From Squalus acanthias (Eukaryota): a stretch of DNA of 64,000 nucleotides. Location of the stretch: assembly GCA_030390025.1 (NCBI GenBank), contig CM059432.1:103602001-103666000 (forward strand), read 5' to 3'. Positions within the stretch are counted from its first letter, which is position 1. Every line of letters starts with the position of its first letter. The position numbers were made by a program, and so were the translations under genes. A model generated the notes under the pieces. It was not told the origin of the DNA and ran no database searches. It saw only the letters and a list, made by a program, of their open reading frames with translations. Shown here one piece after another: positions 25,607-38,495 of the stretch.

Positions 25607-26050
25607 GGGTACGGTAGCGTAGCCGTTATGTTGTTGGACTAGTAATCCAGAAGCCTGAAATGATCATCCAGGGAACACAAATTCAAATCCCACCATGGCA
25701 GTTTGAGAATTTGAATTCAGTTAAAAAAAATCTGGAAATATAAAGCTGGTATCAGTAAAAGTGACCATGAAGCAGTCGGAATGTCGTAAAAATCCAAGTG
25801 GTTGACTAATGTCCTGTAGGAACAGAAACCATACTTGGTCTGGTCTATATGTGACTCAAGTTCCACGGCAACGTGGCTGACTCTTAACTGCCCACGGGAA
25901 GTGGCCTAGCAAGGCATTCAGTTGTTTCAAACTGTTGGAAAGGAAAAGGACTTCAGTGGTTCAAGAAGGCGGCTCACTGCCACCTTCTCAAGGGCAATAA
26001 ATGGCAGCCTTGCCAGCAATACCCACATACCAAAGAATGATTAAAAAAAA
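25607..26050 (+). mobile_element. tRNA-derived SINE family B, full length, preceded by (TA)n
   Basis: GGGTACGGTAGCGTAGCCGTTATG head, TTCAAATCCC B-box-like motif, LINE-derived tail and A run. Confidence 0.82.
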
Positions 26051-26524
26051 TATACATTTTACACTGTTGCAAACCGTCAGCTTTGCGTCATGCTATGTAG
26101 TATCAGGAGAACATAAAGTCACCCAAACCAAGGAATGTAAGACCACCTGCAAGACTTTGCTGTGCAGAACTTACAGCAATACTGCCGCAATGCAAAGTTT
26201 CAGGTTGGCACTGGCAGCAGTATAACGACAAGTGTTGCAACGCAAAGTTTAAAAAGTTCCCAGACTGTCCACTGGAAAAGTTTCAAACTTAATTTTCATT
26301 TTTTTTTAAACCTTAGCAAACAGCCCAAGTGTTTGATCAGTTTTTAATTTACATTAAAATTTAACCCGTATTGAGATATTTTCTGAGACCTACTCAGTTT
26401 CTATTGGCCTAAGAAGGTCATGAAGCCATGGGGGTTAATTCAAAGCTGCCACCCCTGCATTGCTGTGATCAGGTACTAACCTCAAACTACTACGTATATA
26501 ACACCTTAAGAATGGTAATTAGAA

Positions 26525-26945
26525 TGAAAGAGTTTGCATTTATATAGTGCCTTTCATGACCTCAGGACATCCCAAATTGCTTCACAACCAACAAATGACT
26601 TTTGCAGTATGGTCACTATTGCAATGTAGGGAAACACGGCAGTCAATTTGCAATGTCCCACAAACAGCAATGTGATAAGCGACCAGATGATCTGGGGTTT
26701 TTTGGTGGTATTGATTGAAAGGTTTTCTCCTCTTCTCCTCTTCTGATAGTGCCAGGGGATCTTTTATGTCCACCCATAGTTTAACGTCTCATCTGAAAGA
26801 CAGCACCTCCGACAGTGTAGCACATCCGCAGTACTGCAGTGGAGCATCAAGCTAGAATATGTGCTCAAGTCCTGGAGTGGGGCTTGAACCCATGACCTTC
26901 TGACTCAGAGATGAGAGTGCTACTACTGAACGGAGGCAGACACCT
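26525..26945 (-). mobile_element. DeuSINE (SacSINE1-like)
   Basis: Reverse complement of the family including head and tail. Confidence 0.85.
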
Positions 26946-27949
26946 TGTCTGAAACAGAAAGGACTTCATCCCTATACACACTTTAAAAAATATATATTGG
27001 CACTTCAGGTGTCACACATGGGTGGGTCTGCACTAAAAATTCAGTCACGAAGTATATATGGAGGTCTGGTTAAATTAATTACATGTCTGTTGGAATCTGA
27101 ACCTAAAATCTGCAATTTTACCTATTCCTTTGAACACTACACAGTAAAGTTCTCTACATCCTTTTGAAAGCTAACCAAAAGACATTTTGTGACTTTTAAC
27201 TGAGGGCTTCATGGTCCTGAACACAACAGAAAGGTATTTAGCTAACATGGAAAATGTTAATTAATTGGATTAAAATGTTGCGTGTGTGTGTATATATAAA
27301 AAAAACTTAAAATCAGTAAATCATAATGCCATGCCTATCTGGGTTGAGATCTTCTACTCAAAAATGAACCTATTATAACTTTGCATTTGATATTCTGTAA
27401 ACAAGGTATAATCAAGCTTAATGCAAAGACATTAAAACCTTCAGACAGAAGTTCCAGTGGAACCACAAAGCCCAAAAAAAAACAATTTGTTACATATTGA
27501 TGTTTCATGAATCAATTCCAATTGGGTCAACCATTCTGAGTGTATTAAAACACTTATCAGACCACTCTTAAAACACTGACTTTGGGCTCCAGGAATTCTT
27601 GCTCCCTTGCATTTCATCTGAAAATACTATCAGGAGTCAGCGAAATGATATGTAAACTTTCCTCGCCTTGAATAGGAAACCATAAGAGGCACCATGGAGA
27701 CAAACAGCAGGGCTGGATGATGCAATTTTTACTGGTCAAGACATCATTACAGTTATTTACCATCCTCTGCAGATTAATCCCCAAAAAGGGAAGCAAGCCA
27801 AACAGTTAACACTTCTCTTATTCTTACAATCGCACAAAACAGAAGAATGAAGTCATCACATACTGACTTTTTGGGAGAAACACTATAAAATAAGAGATGT
27901 CTGTGGCACTGTAGCATAGTGTGCTTGTTTTTTTTTCCCTTAAAAAGGA

Positions 27950-28295
27950 TGCACCAAGTGATTCCCCCATTAGCAATGTACAGTATGGAACTTAAGCCAA
28001 AGAGAGCAGGAAGCTCCCAGGTTTGATCCTCTGCATTAGGGGTTGCTAAAGTGGACCTCCACCCCTCAGAGGGGAGAATTGGCAGATTTTCCACTCCAAA
28101 TGCCTACCTACAAACCCTTGCTATAAAGTGCAGTGTGTGGATTTTGGGTGGAGCCGGAATCAGGCTTAACTGTCATAATTCACTGTCGAAGCTCACACAT
28201 GAAGAATGGCCAATGGTACAGGCTGGCATCTGATGCCAATGGAACCATATTCTGACATGAATCAGCACCTTCAGAAATAGAAGGGAGAAGGATAC
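27950..28295 (+). mobile_element. SINE family C (AmnSINE2-like)
   Basis: CAGGAAGCTCCCAGGTTTGATCC..GCTCACACATGAAGAATGGCC..TCAGCACCTTCAG. Confidence 0.6.
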
Positions 28296-28617
28296 ACCTG
28301 ACATGGAAGGCAATAGCTCAAATCCATGGTGTATGAGATTAGTCAGGTATTCCCCCTCAAGGTCACCGTTCCCTCATGCAATGTTCACAATAGTAAAACC
28401 AGTCTAAAAATCATACCTTTTAGTTCTAACTGAAAGTGATCATTAACGACGAGCAGTGTGTTAACACAGGATAGATTGTTTTTTTAAAAACAAGCTCTTG
28501 TCTATGCACTGTCTTGTAGCAACATTTAACTGCAGGTAAAAATTAGAGAACACTCTTTACATATCACATTCCTGTTCATTCGCAAATAATTCTTCACGAC
28601 ATTTGCATTTTCCACTA

Positions 28618-30133
28618 AGGTTATGAGTTCAAGCACCAATCAGGGCTAAGCTGATACTCCAGCACCAAACTGAGAAATTGCTGTATTGTTGGAGGTGCCA
28701 TCTTTCAGATAAGAAGTGAAACTAAGGCCCTGTTGCCTGTTCAGGTGGTTGTAAAAGATCCCATGAAATTATCAAAAGAGCAAGATATTCACGTGGTGTC
28801 CTGCCAAAATTCTTCCCTCAACTAACACCACCAAAAACAGATTAACTGGTCACTCATCTCATTCGCTGTTTGTAGGACCTTGCTATGTACAAAATGTTTT
28901 TTTTTTTTTAATTTGTACTCAAGATGTGGACAATGCTGGTAAGGCCGCATTTATTGCCCATCCCTAGTTGCTGTGATAAGGTAGTAATGGGCCTTTTCCT
29001 TGAACCAATGCAGGTGTGCTGATGATGTTCCCAAGTTGGTGTTAGGTAGGGACTGCCAAGATATTGATCACAACAATGAAGGAACAGCAGTATGTGTCTA
29101 AGTCAGGATGGTGCATGACTTGGAGGGGACCTTGGAGGTGGTGATGTTCCCACAACGTCGCTGCTCTTGTCATTCTTGGTGGCAGAGTTCATGGGGCTGG
29201 GAGTTGCTGTTGAAGTGACTGTGGTGAGTTGCTGCAGTGCATCCTGTAAATCGTACATGCTGCAGCCACAGTGCAACAGTGGTGGATACCGAGTTCAGAG
29301 GCAAGGGAACCGATCAAGCAGACTGCTCTGCCTTGGAGGGTGTCGAGCTTCTTGAGTGTTGCTGCAGCTGCACCCATCCAGGCAAGTGATGAGTATTCCA
29401 TCACACCCCTGACTTGTGCCTTATGGATGGTGGAGAGGCATGGAGGTATCAGGAGACGAGCCACTCTTCAGTGTATCGAGCCTCTGCCCTTGTAACCAGT
29501 ATATTGATAGGCCGGGTTCTCAGTGATGGCGGTTCCATTGAAGGTCAAGGGAAGATGACTGTGTATTTTCGTGTTGGGGGACAATAATTACCTGCTATTT
29601 ATGTGGCATGAATGTTATCCGTCACTTGTCAGACTAAGCATTGATGTTGCCCAGGTCCTGATGTATGCTGGTATGGGCAGCTCGATTATTGGAGGAGTTG
29701 TGAAGGGAGCTGAACACTTTAGAATCGTCAGAAAATGGTTCCACTTCTGACCTTATGATACAGAGAAGATATTTGATGAAGACAGTTGAGCCAAGGATGC
29801 TGTCCTGAGGAACTGGGGCTATGATGATTAGCCTCTGACAACCACACCTATCTTGCTGTGCATCAAGCATGACTCTGCCCACTGGAGCACTTTCCCATTG
29901 ACCTCAATTTTGCTAAGGCTCTTTGGTGCCATACTCGGTTGAATGCTCCCTTTATGCTGAAGGCAGCTACTCTCATTTCTCCCTCTGGCATTCAAGGCTG
30001 TGAGGAGGTCAGGAACCTCAAAGTGTTTGCCAATAAGACATTGAATACACTTCAAAAAGTAATTTAGATGTGAGGTGCTTTGGGACATCCTGAGGAACTG
30101 ATAAGGCGCTATATAAATGCAAGTTCTGTCTTT
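28618..30133 (+). mobile_element. DeuSINE split by a LINE insertion (5' part 28618-28895, tail ~30035-30133)
   Basis: The SINE body stops at TGTACAAAATG and resumes with ACACTTCAAAAAGT..GGCGCTATATAAATGCAAGT. Confidence 0.65.
28897..30010 (-). mobile_element. Second LINE family 3' fragment with A tail
   Basis: LSTIHKAQVRGVMEYSSLAWMGAA; degenerate RT motifs VPQDSILG and FSDD. Confidence 0.82.
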
Positions 30134-31559
30134 ATTGCAACACTCAAATAGGATGCAGGATGGACACTGTCTCTGTTCCCTCAATTGGTATTGAGCTAAA
30201 CGTTAAACCAAAATCTTAAACTAAACTGCTATTACAATAAACTGACTGATTGCCATGGGTAGTGTGAGGTTCCATTGTGATGCCTAGACTGGTCTGGTTC
30301 TAATATGGGAACAGAAGACAGCATAGCCAGGGAAAAGGAGAGAGGGGGAAAGGGACAATATTTTATACTTTTTCATCTCTTCTCTGAATTAAAAAAACAT
30401 GAATGGAGGAATATTTTAAAATTCAATTTTATTCAACAAGCTAGTCACTGACAAAACAAAACAAACCCACTCTCAAATAATCCAAACAGTCTCACCACCA
30501 AGCCCTGCTTTTCAAGAGAAAATAATGATCCTTTTTGTCTTTTCTCCCGAATTTTAAAACATTTCTTAAAACAGCAAATGGCAAAGAAATGTGCCTGTAG
30601 GAGATACTGAGCACAAGAGTGGGAGAAAACAGAATTAGCATCTGGTTGGTACAGCCATTTTTCCAGAATGCTTCAGCAACCTGGCCATTTTAACTATGTA
30701 TGTTAATTGTGTCCCATCATACTGCTGGGCTCAGTATCCTTCCAAATAGCCCCCTTAGTTCACATGCCAATTTAACAAAAATACTCAAGAAAATCAAAAG
30801 TAAAGGAAAAACTTGCTATATTCAAGAATAGAAATCTTTGTATCCCTTTGATCTTTATATGTAATACTGTTAGTTGAGGATCCCTCTTTCAAGTATTTAC
30901 ACTTCTAACATTATTTCCCAAATGTTCCACAACATTATAGGCACACAACAATTTCACAAGGTGACCCATGTCTGGACCAAGACAAAAAGAGACACGTTAG
31001 GAGGCAAATTACAACTATCAACAATTTTCTTGCTGAAATCCACTAAAAGCCAGTGCAATATTTCTGAAATCATAAAGGAACAGTTACCAGTCCAGACACA
31101 AGCAACATTAAATAAACAGAAGTTACCATTGAAAGTGTCTACTGCAATGTATCACATCTCATTTTCCACATATTTGTCATTTGTTATATCAGAGAATTTT
31201 GAATGTGCTCGAACCTGAGCAACAGCAACCAACTTTTGGACTTTTTGCTGTTGGGTTAAAAATGGCTTCACATTGTCTGGTGCTGTACTCTTGATCAACA
31301 AGTGTTCCTGAATTTAAAGACCGTACACCTCTTTCTGTGGTACCCACCTTCACCACTTTTATTGTGGATAATACCAAATGGAAATCCGTAAGTCAGATGA
31401 CTCAACAGTCAGCCCAACGAGGGAAGATGAAAGCACATCATAAAGTCTAGCATCATACTAACGAGCATGCTTTAAATTACTTGTATTATGTTTAATATTT
31501 TTATTTAATGGTAGCATTCATGAATGATTTAACGTAATAAACCATCTAGTAACACAATT

Positions 31560-32207
31560 ACTTCATCTCCACTTTCCCGCCCGATCTCCTTTCCCTTGAT
31601 TCCCCTAGAGTCCAAAAATCTATCTATCTCAGCCTTGAATATACTTAATGATTCAGCATTCACAGCCCTCTGGGGCAGAGAATTCCAAAGAATCACAACC
31701 CTCCGAGTGAAGGAATTCCTCCTCATCTCAGCCTTAAATGGCCGACCTCTTATCCTGAGATTATGCCCCCTAGTTCTAGACTCTCCAGCCAGCAGAAACA
31801 ACCTCTCAGCATCTACCCTGTCAATCCCCCTCAGAATCTTGTATGTTTCAATGAGATCACCTCTCATTCTTCAAAACTCCAGAGAGTATATGCCTAGTCT
31901 ACTCAATCTCTCCTCATAAGACAACCCGCTCATCCCAGGAATCAATCGAGTGAACCTTCATTGCACTGCCTCTAAGGCAAGTATATCCTTCGTTACGTAA
32001 GGAGACCAAAACTGGCACAGTACTCCAGGTGTGGTCTCGCCAAAGCCCCGTACAATTGTAGCAAGACTTCCTTACTCTTGCACTCTAACCCCCTTGCAAT
32101 AAAGGCTAACATGCCATTTGCCTTCCTAATTGCTTGCTGTACCTGCATGCTAACTTTCTGTGTTTCCTGTACTAGGACACCTAAATCTCTCTGAACACCA
32201 ACATTTA
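31560..32207 (-). mobile_element. CR1 LINE 3' fragment
   Basis: MRGDLIETYKIL..LWNSLPQ; RPHLEYC. Confidence 0.92.
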
Positions 32208-32348
32208 ATAGAAGAAAATGATTATATAAATAGTTTTGAGACCTCATAACTATTACCAGTGGAGCATATTGAATACCTCGTTATATAATAGTTATTTCCA
32301 CAAGGCAATCCAGCTGCATACCATGAGCAATAAAGTTGCAAGTGAGTT

Positions 32349-34660
32349 ACATACATAGATACATAGATACATAGAAGATAGGAGCAGGAGTAGGCCATCC
32401 GGCCCTTCGAGCCTGCTCTGCCATTTAATGAGATCATGGCTGATCCTCCAATTCAGTATCCCGTCCCCGCCTTCTCTCCGTAACCCTTAACCCTTTTGCC
32501 TGTAGAAATATATCTAATTCCCTCTTAAATATATTTAATGAGCTGGCGTACACTGCCCTCTGTGGCAATGAGTTCCACAGGTTCACCACCCTCTGAGTGA
32601 AGAAATTCCCCCTCATTTCTGTCCTAAATGGTTTAGCCCTTATCTTTAAATTATGTCCTCTAGTTCTGTTCTCACCCGCCAAGGGAAACATTCCTTCTGC
32701 ATCTAGTCTGTCTAGACCTGTCAGAATTTTATACACTTCTATGAGGTCCCCTCTCAATCTTCTAAACTCCAGTGTGTACATCCCTAAACTACATAGTCTC
32801 TCCTCATAGGTCAATCCCGCCATTCCTGGTATCAGCCTGGTGAATCGCCGCTGCACCCCCTCCATGGCAAGAACATCTTTCCTCAGATGAGGCGACCAAA
32901 ACTGTACACAGTACTCGAGGTGTGGTCTCACCAGTGCCCTGTACAGCTGCAGCAAGGTATCCTTGTTCCTGTATTCCAACCCTTTTGCTATGAAGGCCAG
33001 CATACCGTTTGCCTTCTTGACCGCCTGTTGCACCTGCATGCTCGCCTTCAGTGACTGGTGTACAAGAACACCCAGGTCTCTCTGTACTTCCCCCTCTCCC
33101 AATTTATTGCCATTTAAATAATAATTTGCCCTCCCGTTCCTGCACCCAAGGTGGATAACTTCGCACTTGTCCACATTATAGTGCATCTGCCATTTATCCG
33201 CCCAATCACCCAGTCTGTCCAAATCGCTCTGGAGCTTCCTGGTCTCCTCCTCTGAGCCCACCCCCCCTCCTAGTTTAGTGTCGTCTGCAAATTTGGAAAT
33301 GCTGCATCCGACTCCCTGATCCAGGTCATTAATGTAAATTGTGAACAGCTGGGGACCCAGGACAGATCCCTGCGGTACCCCACTTGTTACTGCCTGCCAT
33401 TCAGAAAATGAGCCGTTTATTCCAACTCTCTGTTTTCTATCTGACAGCCAGTTCTCTATCCACGTCAATACTTTCCCCTTTATCCCATGAGCTTCAATTT
33501 TCCCTGCTAATCTTTTATGTGGGACCTTATCGAAGGCCTTTTGGAAGTCCAGGTACACCACATCTACTGGCTCTCCCCCATCTATTTTACCAGTTACTCC
33601 CTCAAAAAATTCCAATAGATTAGTCAAGCACGATTTACCCTTTGTAAATCCATGTTGACTCTGTCCTATCCTGTCCCCATTTGCTAAGTGCTCCGCTATT
33701 TCATCCTTAATGATGGACTCCAGCATTTTGCCCACAACTGATGTAAGGCTTACAGGTCTGTAATTACCTGCTTTTTCCCTACCCCCCTTTTTGAATAGTG
33801 GGGTAACGTTAGCTACCCTCCAATCCATGGGCACTGTTCCCGAGTCTAATGAATTCTGAAAAATCATACTTAGTGCATCCGCTATCTCTAGGGCCACCTC
33901 CTTCAGCACCCTAGGATGCATGTTATCAGGCCCTGGGGATTTGTCCGCCTTCAATCCCTTTAGCTTCCTTAACACCATATCCTTAGAGATATTGATTTGC
34001 GTCAGTTCCTCCTTTGCAAATGTCCCTATTTTTCCCGATATCCCAGGGAGGTTTTTTGTGTCTTCCTTCGTAAAGACTGACCCAAAGTATGCATTTAGTT
34101 GGTCTGCCATTTCCTTATTTCCCGTTATATATTCCCCCGTATCTGACTGCAATGGGCCAACTTTGGTTTTCACCAGTCTTTTCCTCTTGATATACTTATA
34201 AAAGCTTTTGGAGTTAGTTTTTATATTTTCCGCCAGCTTGCTTTCGTAAGCTATTTTGCCCCTCTTGATTAAGCCCTTTGTCCTCCTTTGCTCTATCTTA
34301 AACTGTTCCCAATCTTCCACTCTGGCACTTTTTTTGGCTATTTTATACGCCCTATCTTTGGATTTTATGCTGTCTCTAATTTCCCCTGTTATCCACGGTT
34401 GAGTCACCTTTTTAGATTTCCTTTTATGCCAGATTGGTATAAACAATTTTTGCAATTTTGTCATTCTATCTTTAAATGCTTGCCATTGTTTATCTACCTC
34501 CAGTCCTCCCAGGAACGTTGTCCAATCAGACCTACTCAGTTCCCGTCTAATGGCATCATAATTCCCCTTGTTTAAATTCAGGACCTTAGTATCTGAGTCA
34601 ATTTCTTCGCTCTCCATTTCGAGTGAGAAATCGATCATGTTATGATCGCTCTGACCCAAG
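32349..34660 (-). mobile_element. Young CR1 LINE, 5'-truncated, uninterrupted ORF2 RT region, (CTATGTAT)n tail
   Basis: 751-aa ORF from the endonuclease-end SDH motif through RT (QGSVLGP, FADD); octamer tail at ~32351-32374. Confidence 0.97.
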
Positions 34661-35244
34661 TAATGAAGAGTAGAAATAAAGAAATCCAAGCAGAGGTGAT
34701 CATATTCTATTTCATCATATGAAAATTACTATATCCAAAATAACTGCAGTGAAAATGAAAATCTACTTATAGTTTATCACTTAATTGCCTACATCACATC
34801 ATGCATTTCATAATGAGTTGAACAATACACCAATTTAATAAAAAGGGTTTTTTTCCCCACTTATGTTAAATATCCTCAATAATTCCTTGTACGCTTAAGT
34901 CACAACCTCCAGGAGGGCATAAGGAACAATATCTTCCCTGTTGAGGTTAATGATTTCTCCCCCATTAGTAATGAGGTATATTTAATTATATTGATACATT
35001 GGTACAGTAGGGGGGCATCAAAGGAAGTCTCTGCTCCTCTCCTCTCCCTTCCACTGCTTTCAAAATCTTAGCTTCACCTGATCTTTCACATACATATCAG
35101 AAGTCCCCTAGGTTGCTGTAACATGTTATTTATAACAGCTTGTGTTTTAAGGTTACAAAATTTAGAGAATAATCACTATAGCAATTATTGGCTTACATTT
35201 TCTAACTGCAATCAAAACAGGTCATGCCATCATTATAAGTAGTT

Positions 35245-36640
35245 AAGAATTAGGAGCAGGATTGGCCATACGGCCCCTCGAGCCTGTTCCGCCATTCAAT
35301 AAGATCATGGCTGATCTTCGACCTCAACTCCACTTTCCCGCCCAATCCCCATATCCTTTGATTCCCATAGAGTCCAAAAATCTATCTATCTCAGCCTTGA
35401 ATATGCTCAATGATTCAGCATCCACAGCCCTTTGGGGTAGAGAATTCCAAAGATTCACAACCCTCTGAGTGAAGAAATTCCTCCTCATCTCAGTCTTAAA
35501 TGGCTGTCCCCTTATCCTGAGACTATGCCCCCTAGTTCTAGACTCTCCAGCCAGCGGAAACAACCTCTCAGCATCCAACCTATCAATCCCCCTCAGAACC
35601 TTATATGTTTCAATGAGGTCACCTCTCATTCTTATAAACTCCGGAGAGTATAGGCCCAATCTACTCAATCTCTCATCCCAGGAATCAATCGAGTGAACCT
35701 TCATTGCACCACCTCTAAGGCAAGTATATCCTTCCTTATGTAAGGAGACCAAAACTGTGCACAGTACTCCAGGTGTGGTCTCACCAAAGCCCCGTACAAT
35801 TGTAGCAAGACTTCCTTACTCTTGCTCTCCAACCCCCTTGCAATAAAGGCCAACATGCCATTTGCCTTCCTAATTGCTTGCTGTACCTGTATGTAATCTC
35901 TCTGTGTTTCTTGTACTAGGACACCTAAATCTCGCTGAACACCAACACTTAATAGTTTCTCAGCATTTAAAAAGTATCCTGTTTTTTCTATTCTTCCTAC
36001 CAAAGTGAATAACCTCACATTTCCCCACATTATACTCCATCTGCCACCTTAATGCCCACTCACTTAACAAGTCTATATCCCTTTGTAGGCTCTTGTGTCC
36101 TCCTCACAGCTTACTCTCCCACCTAGCTTTGTATCATCAGCAAACTTGGATACATTACACACGGTCCCTTCATCTAAGTCGTTAATATAGATTTTAAATA
36201 GCTGAGGCCCAAGCACTGATCCTTGCGGCACAACACTAGTTACAGCCTGCCAACCTGAAAATGACCCATTTATCCCTGTCTGTTTTCTGTCCGTTAACCA
36301 ATCCACTATCCATGCTAATACATTACCCCAACCCCATGAGCCCTTTTCTTGCAATAACAACTTTTTATGTGGTACCTTATCGCATGCCTTTTGACAATCC
36401 AAATATACTACATCCACTGATTCCCCTTTATCTAACCTGCTAATTAGATCCTCAAAAAACTCTAATAAATTTGTCAAACACCATTTCCCTTTCATAAAAC
36501 CATGTTGACTCTGCCTAATCATATTATGATTCTCTAAGTTCCCAGTTACCACTTCCTTAATAATGGATTCCAGCATTTTCCTGACAACTAATTTCAGGTT
36601 ACCTGGCCTGTAGTTCCCTGTTTTCTCTTTCCTTCCTGCC
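35245..36640 (-). mobile_element. CR1 LINE, degraded ORF2
   Basis: Three frameshifted RT ORFs: 36073-36756, 35701-36030, 35324-35752. Confidence 0.95.
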
Positions 36641-36924
36641 TTGAATTTGATTAGCATTAAAATTGTGACAAGTATTGCAACATCATGCCTTTGGGTTATT
36701 CCATCCCTTTTTTTAAAAAACAGCAATGACGTGTCCCTTAATTTTACAAGGTACATTTTATTCCTTCCCTATGCCAGTTAATTAAAGTGTGATACAGGGC
36801 CACTCTCCCTTTCGGTGGAAAGAATAATTCAGGAGGAGGAGCACAGCAACAGCAAATGAGATCTTATGATGGGCGTCTTGAATTATTGAATGATCCAACC
36901 TGCTCAGATCATCGCTTAATTCTT

Positions 36925-37070
36925 CGCCAGTTATGCTACTGAACCATAAAGGCCAGGAAGCTCCCAGGTTCAGTCCTTGGTCCCTGTTGAAGGGGTCCAC
37001 AATGACCTTCTCTGCTCCTGGATTCAGAGGGATTGAGCTATGCTTCCCACTCCAGACTGCTATCCAACCT
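36925..37070 (+). mobile_element. SINE family C remnant
   Basis: TACTGAACCATAAAGGCCAGGAAGCTCCCAGGTTCAGTCCTTGGTC..CTGCTATCCA. Confidence 0.55.
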
Positions 37071-37249
37071 GGCGCTCTGTTTCCTGACAATGTGGCAAGG
37101 GGGTCTGATAAATTAGAGCGAATAACTGATTTCCCTTTGTGGAAATGTAATTTTTTAAAGCACTTCCACATTTCAAAGGATGCACTATCTTCGTGTGTGT
37201 GCATGTAGGTAACGAGCAACAGGTTGAGAGTAACTGAAGCCAGCCTTAC

Positions 37250-37898
37250 CCGCAGCAGGGTCTGCGACTCCTCCCTCGCCTTGCTGAGTTCGGTGCTTGT
37301 TGGGTACTGCGGGGTGAGAGCTCGGGGCTTGTCCCGGTCTCCGCCTCCTCCCGAGAGCTGCTGCACCCCAGTTGGGAAGCCCTTGGCGTCGGCGGTCTGC
37401 AGCCCATAGACGGGCCGCCCCACGTCCGCTTCCTCCGCGGCCCTTCGGCTGCTCTTGTGGCTCTCCTGGCCACTGCCGCCGGGGGAGGCGTTGAGTAGCC
37501 CGAGGGCGGCCTGGCCCGGGTAGGGGCTCCCCTTGTGCAGCTCCCCCGGCGCCGCGCTCTCCTTGACGCTCCAGCCTGCCTTCCTCGTGTCATCCTTGGA
37601 GGTGTCGGCCCAGCCTCGCCCTTCCTTCTCCTCGGCGGCTGCTGCTGCGAGCGGCGGAGGGTGGCAGTTGCTGGCGCTCTCAGACGGGGTGGGAGTGCTG
37701 CGCCGCATCTCCTGCTCGCCGCTCAGGGAGTTGTGGCTGCTGGTCCCGGGTGTGGGTGGTGACTCCCCGCCACTGGTGCTGCTGCTGCTCGCCGGCTCCG
37801 GGACCACGCAATGAGCTGTGTTGAAATGCTCCAGTAATGCCTGAGTGTCCGGAGCGGTCCACTTGCACTGACGGCACTTGTAGCAGTTATGAGCCCTC
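37250..37898 (-). CDS. TRPS1: TRPS1 coding exon (human exon 5 equivalent), C2H2 finger 7
   Basis: RAHNCYKCRQC...LLEHFNTAH...EESQTLLR. Acceptor TGTCTCAG|G; donor CGG|GTAAGG. 649 nt, phase 2 to 0, consistent with the neighbouring exon. Confidence 0.95.
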
Positions 37899-38495
37899 CT
37901 GAGACACACAAAAAATAACTCGGAGGTTAAGTTAAAAGCAACATTTCTTGCATCGTTTTAACAGAAATCGTGCAATGCATTTTTTAAAGTGCTATGCAGT
38001 TGGGAAACTTTTAAAGTTAGATAAGGTGCGCATTTTCTATATATATTGTACTTCAGGCAGTTTCCATCAAACGAACAGGTAGCGTCCAATATTGACAAGG
38101 TCAGTATTATTCTACCCACTAGTGTAACACGGATTTACGCCAGTCGGTTATAACCAAGGAACAGCCAACTTGCACACTTTGTATACCAAAACAGTAACAT
38201 ACTAAGAGTTGCTTTGGTGACATGTTTTCAAACCTTACGAAGCTATCTTAATGAACTGTAGCTAGTTACAACAATCTGATGACAGAGAAACTATAGACCA
38301 TCACATAAACAATCTAGTTTACTTCCTGTGCTTTGATGTCGAATAAAAAGGGATATTTAAACTCTCCGTGTTTTGTTGTCTGTTCTTGCAAGTACTACTT
38401 TCTAAGTCTCTCTCTTCCCCCCACCCCACATTTTAGGTTCAATGCACAAGGCAAATCATCAGATGGGGGTGGATTTAAAGTTTCTGGTCTGTTAC

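Larger units (their letters stand above)
1..37249 (-). other. TRPS1: TRPS1 long intron preceding the GATA-finger exon (continues beyond window)
   Basis: Follows the phase-0 donor at 37250. I did not find the GATA exon (RRRGSGVFCANC..) by eye. This intron is very large in mammals. Confidence 0.75.

Noticed and set aside
32434-34689. 751-aa RT ORF as a host gene or retron/DGR-type system
   Set aside because: It is a typical 5'-truncated CR1 ORF2 with a CR1 3' UTR and tail; the ORF start lies in flanking DNA.
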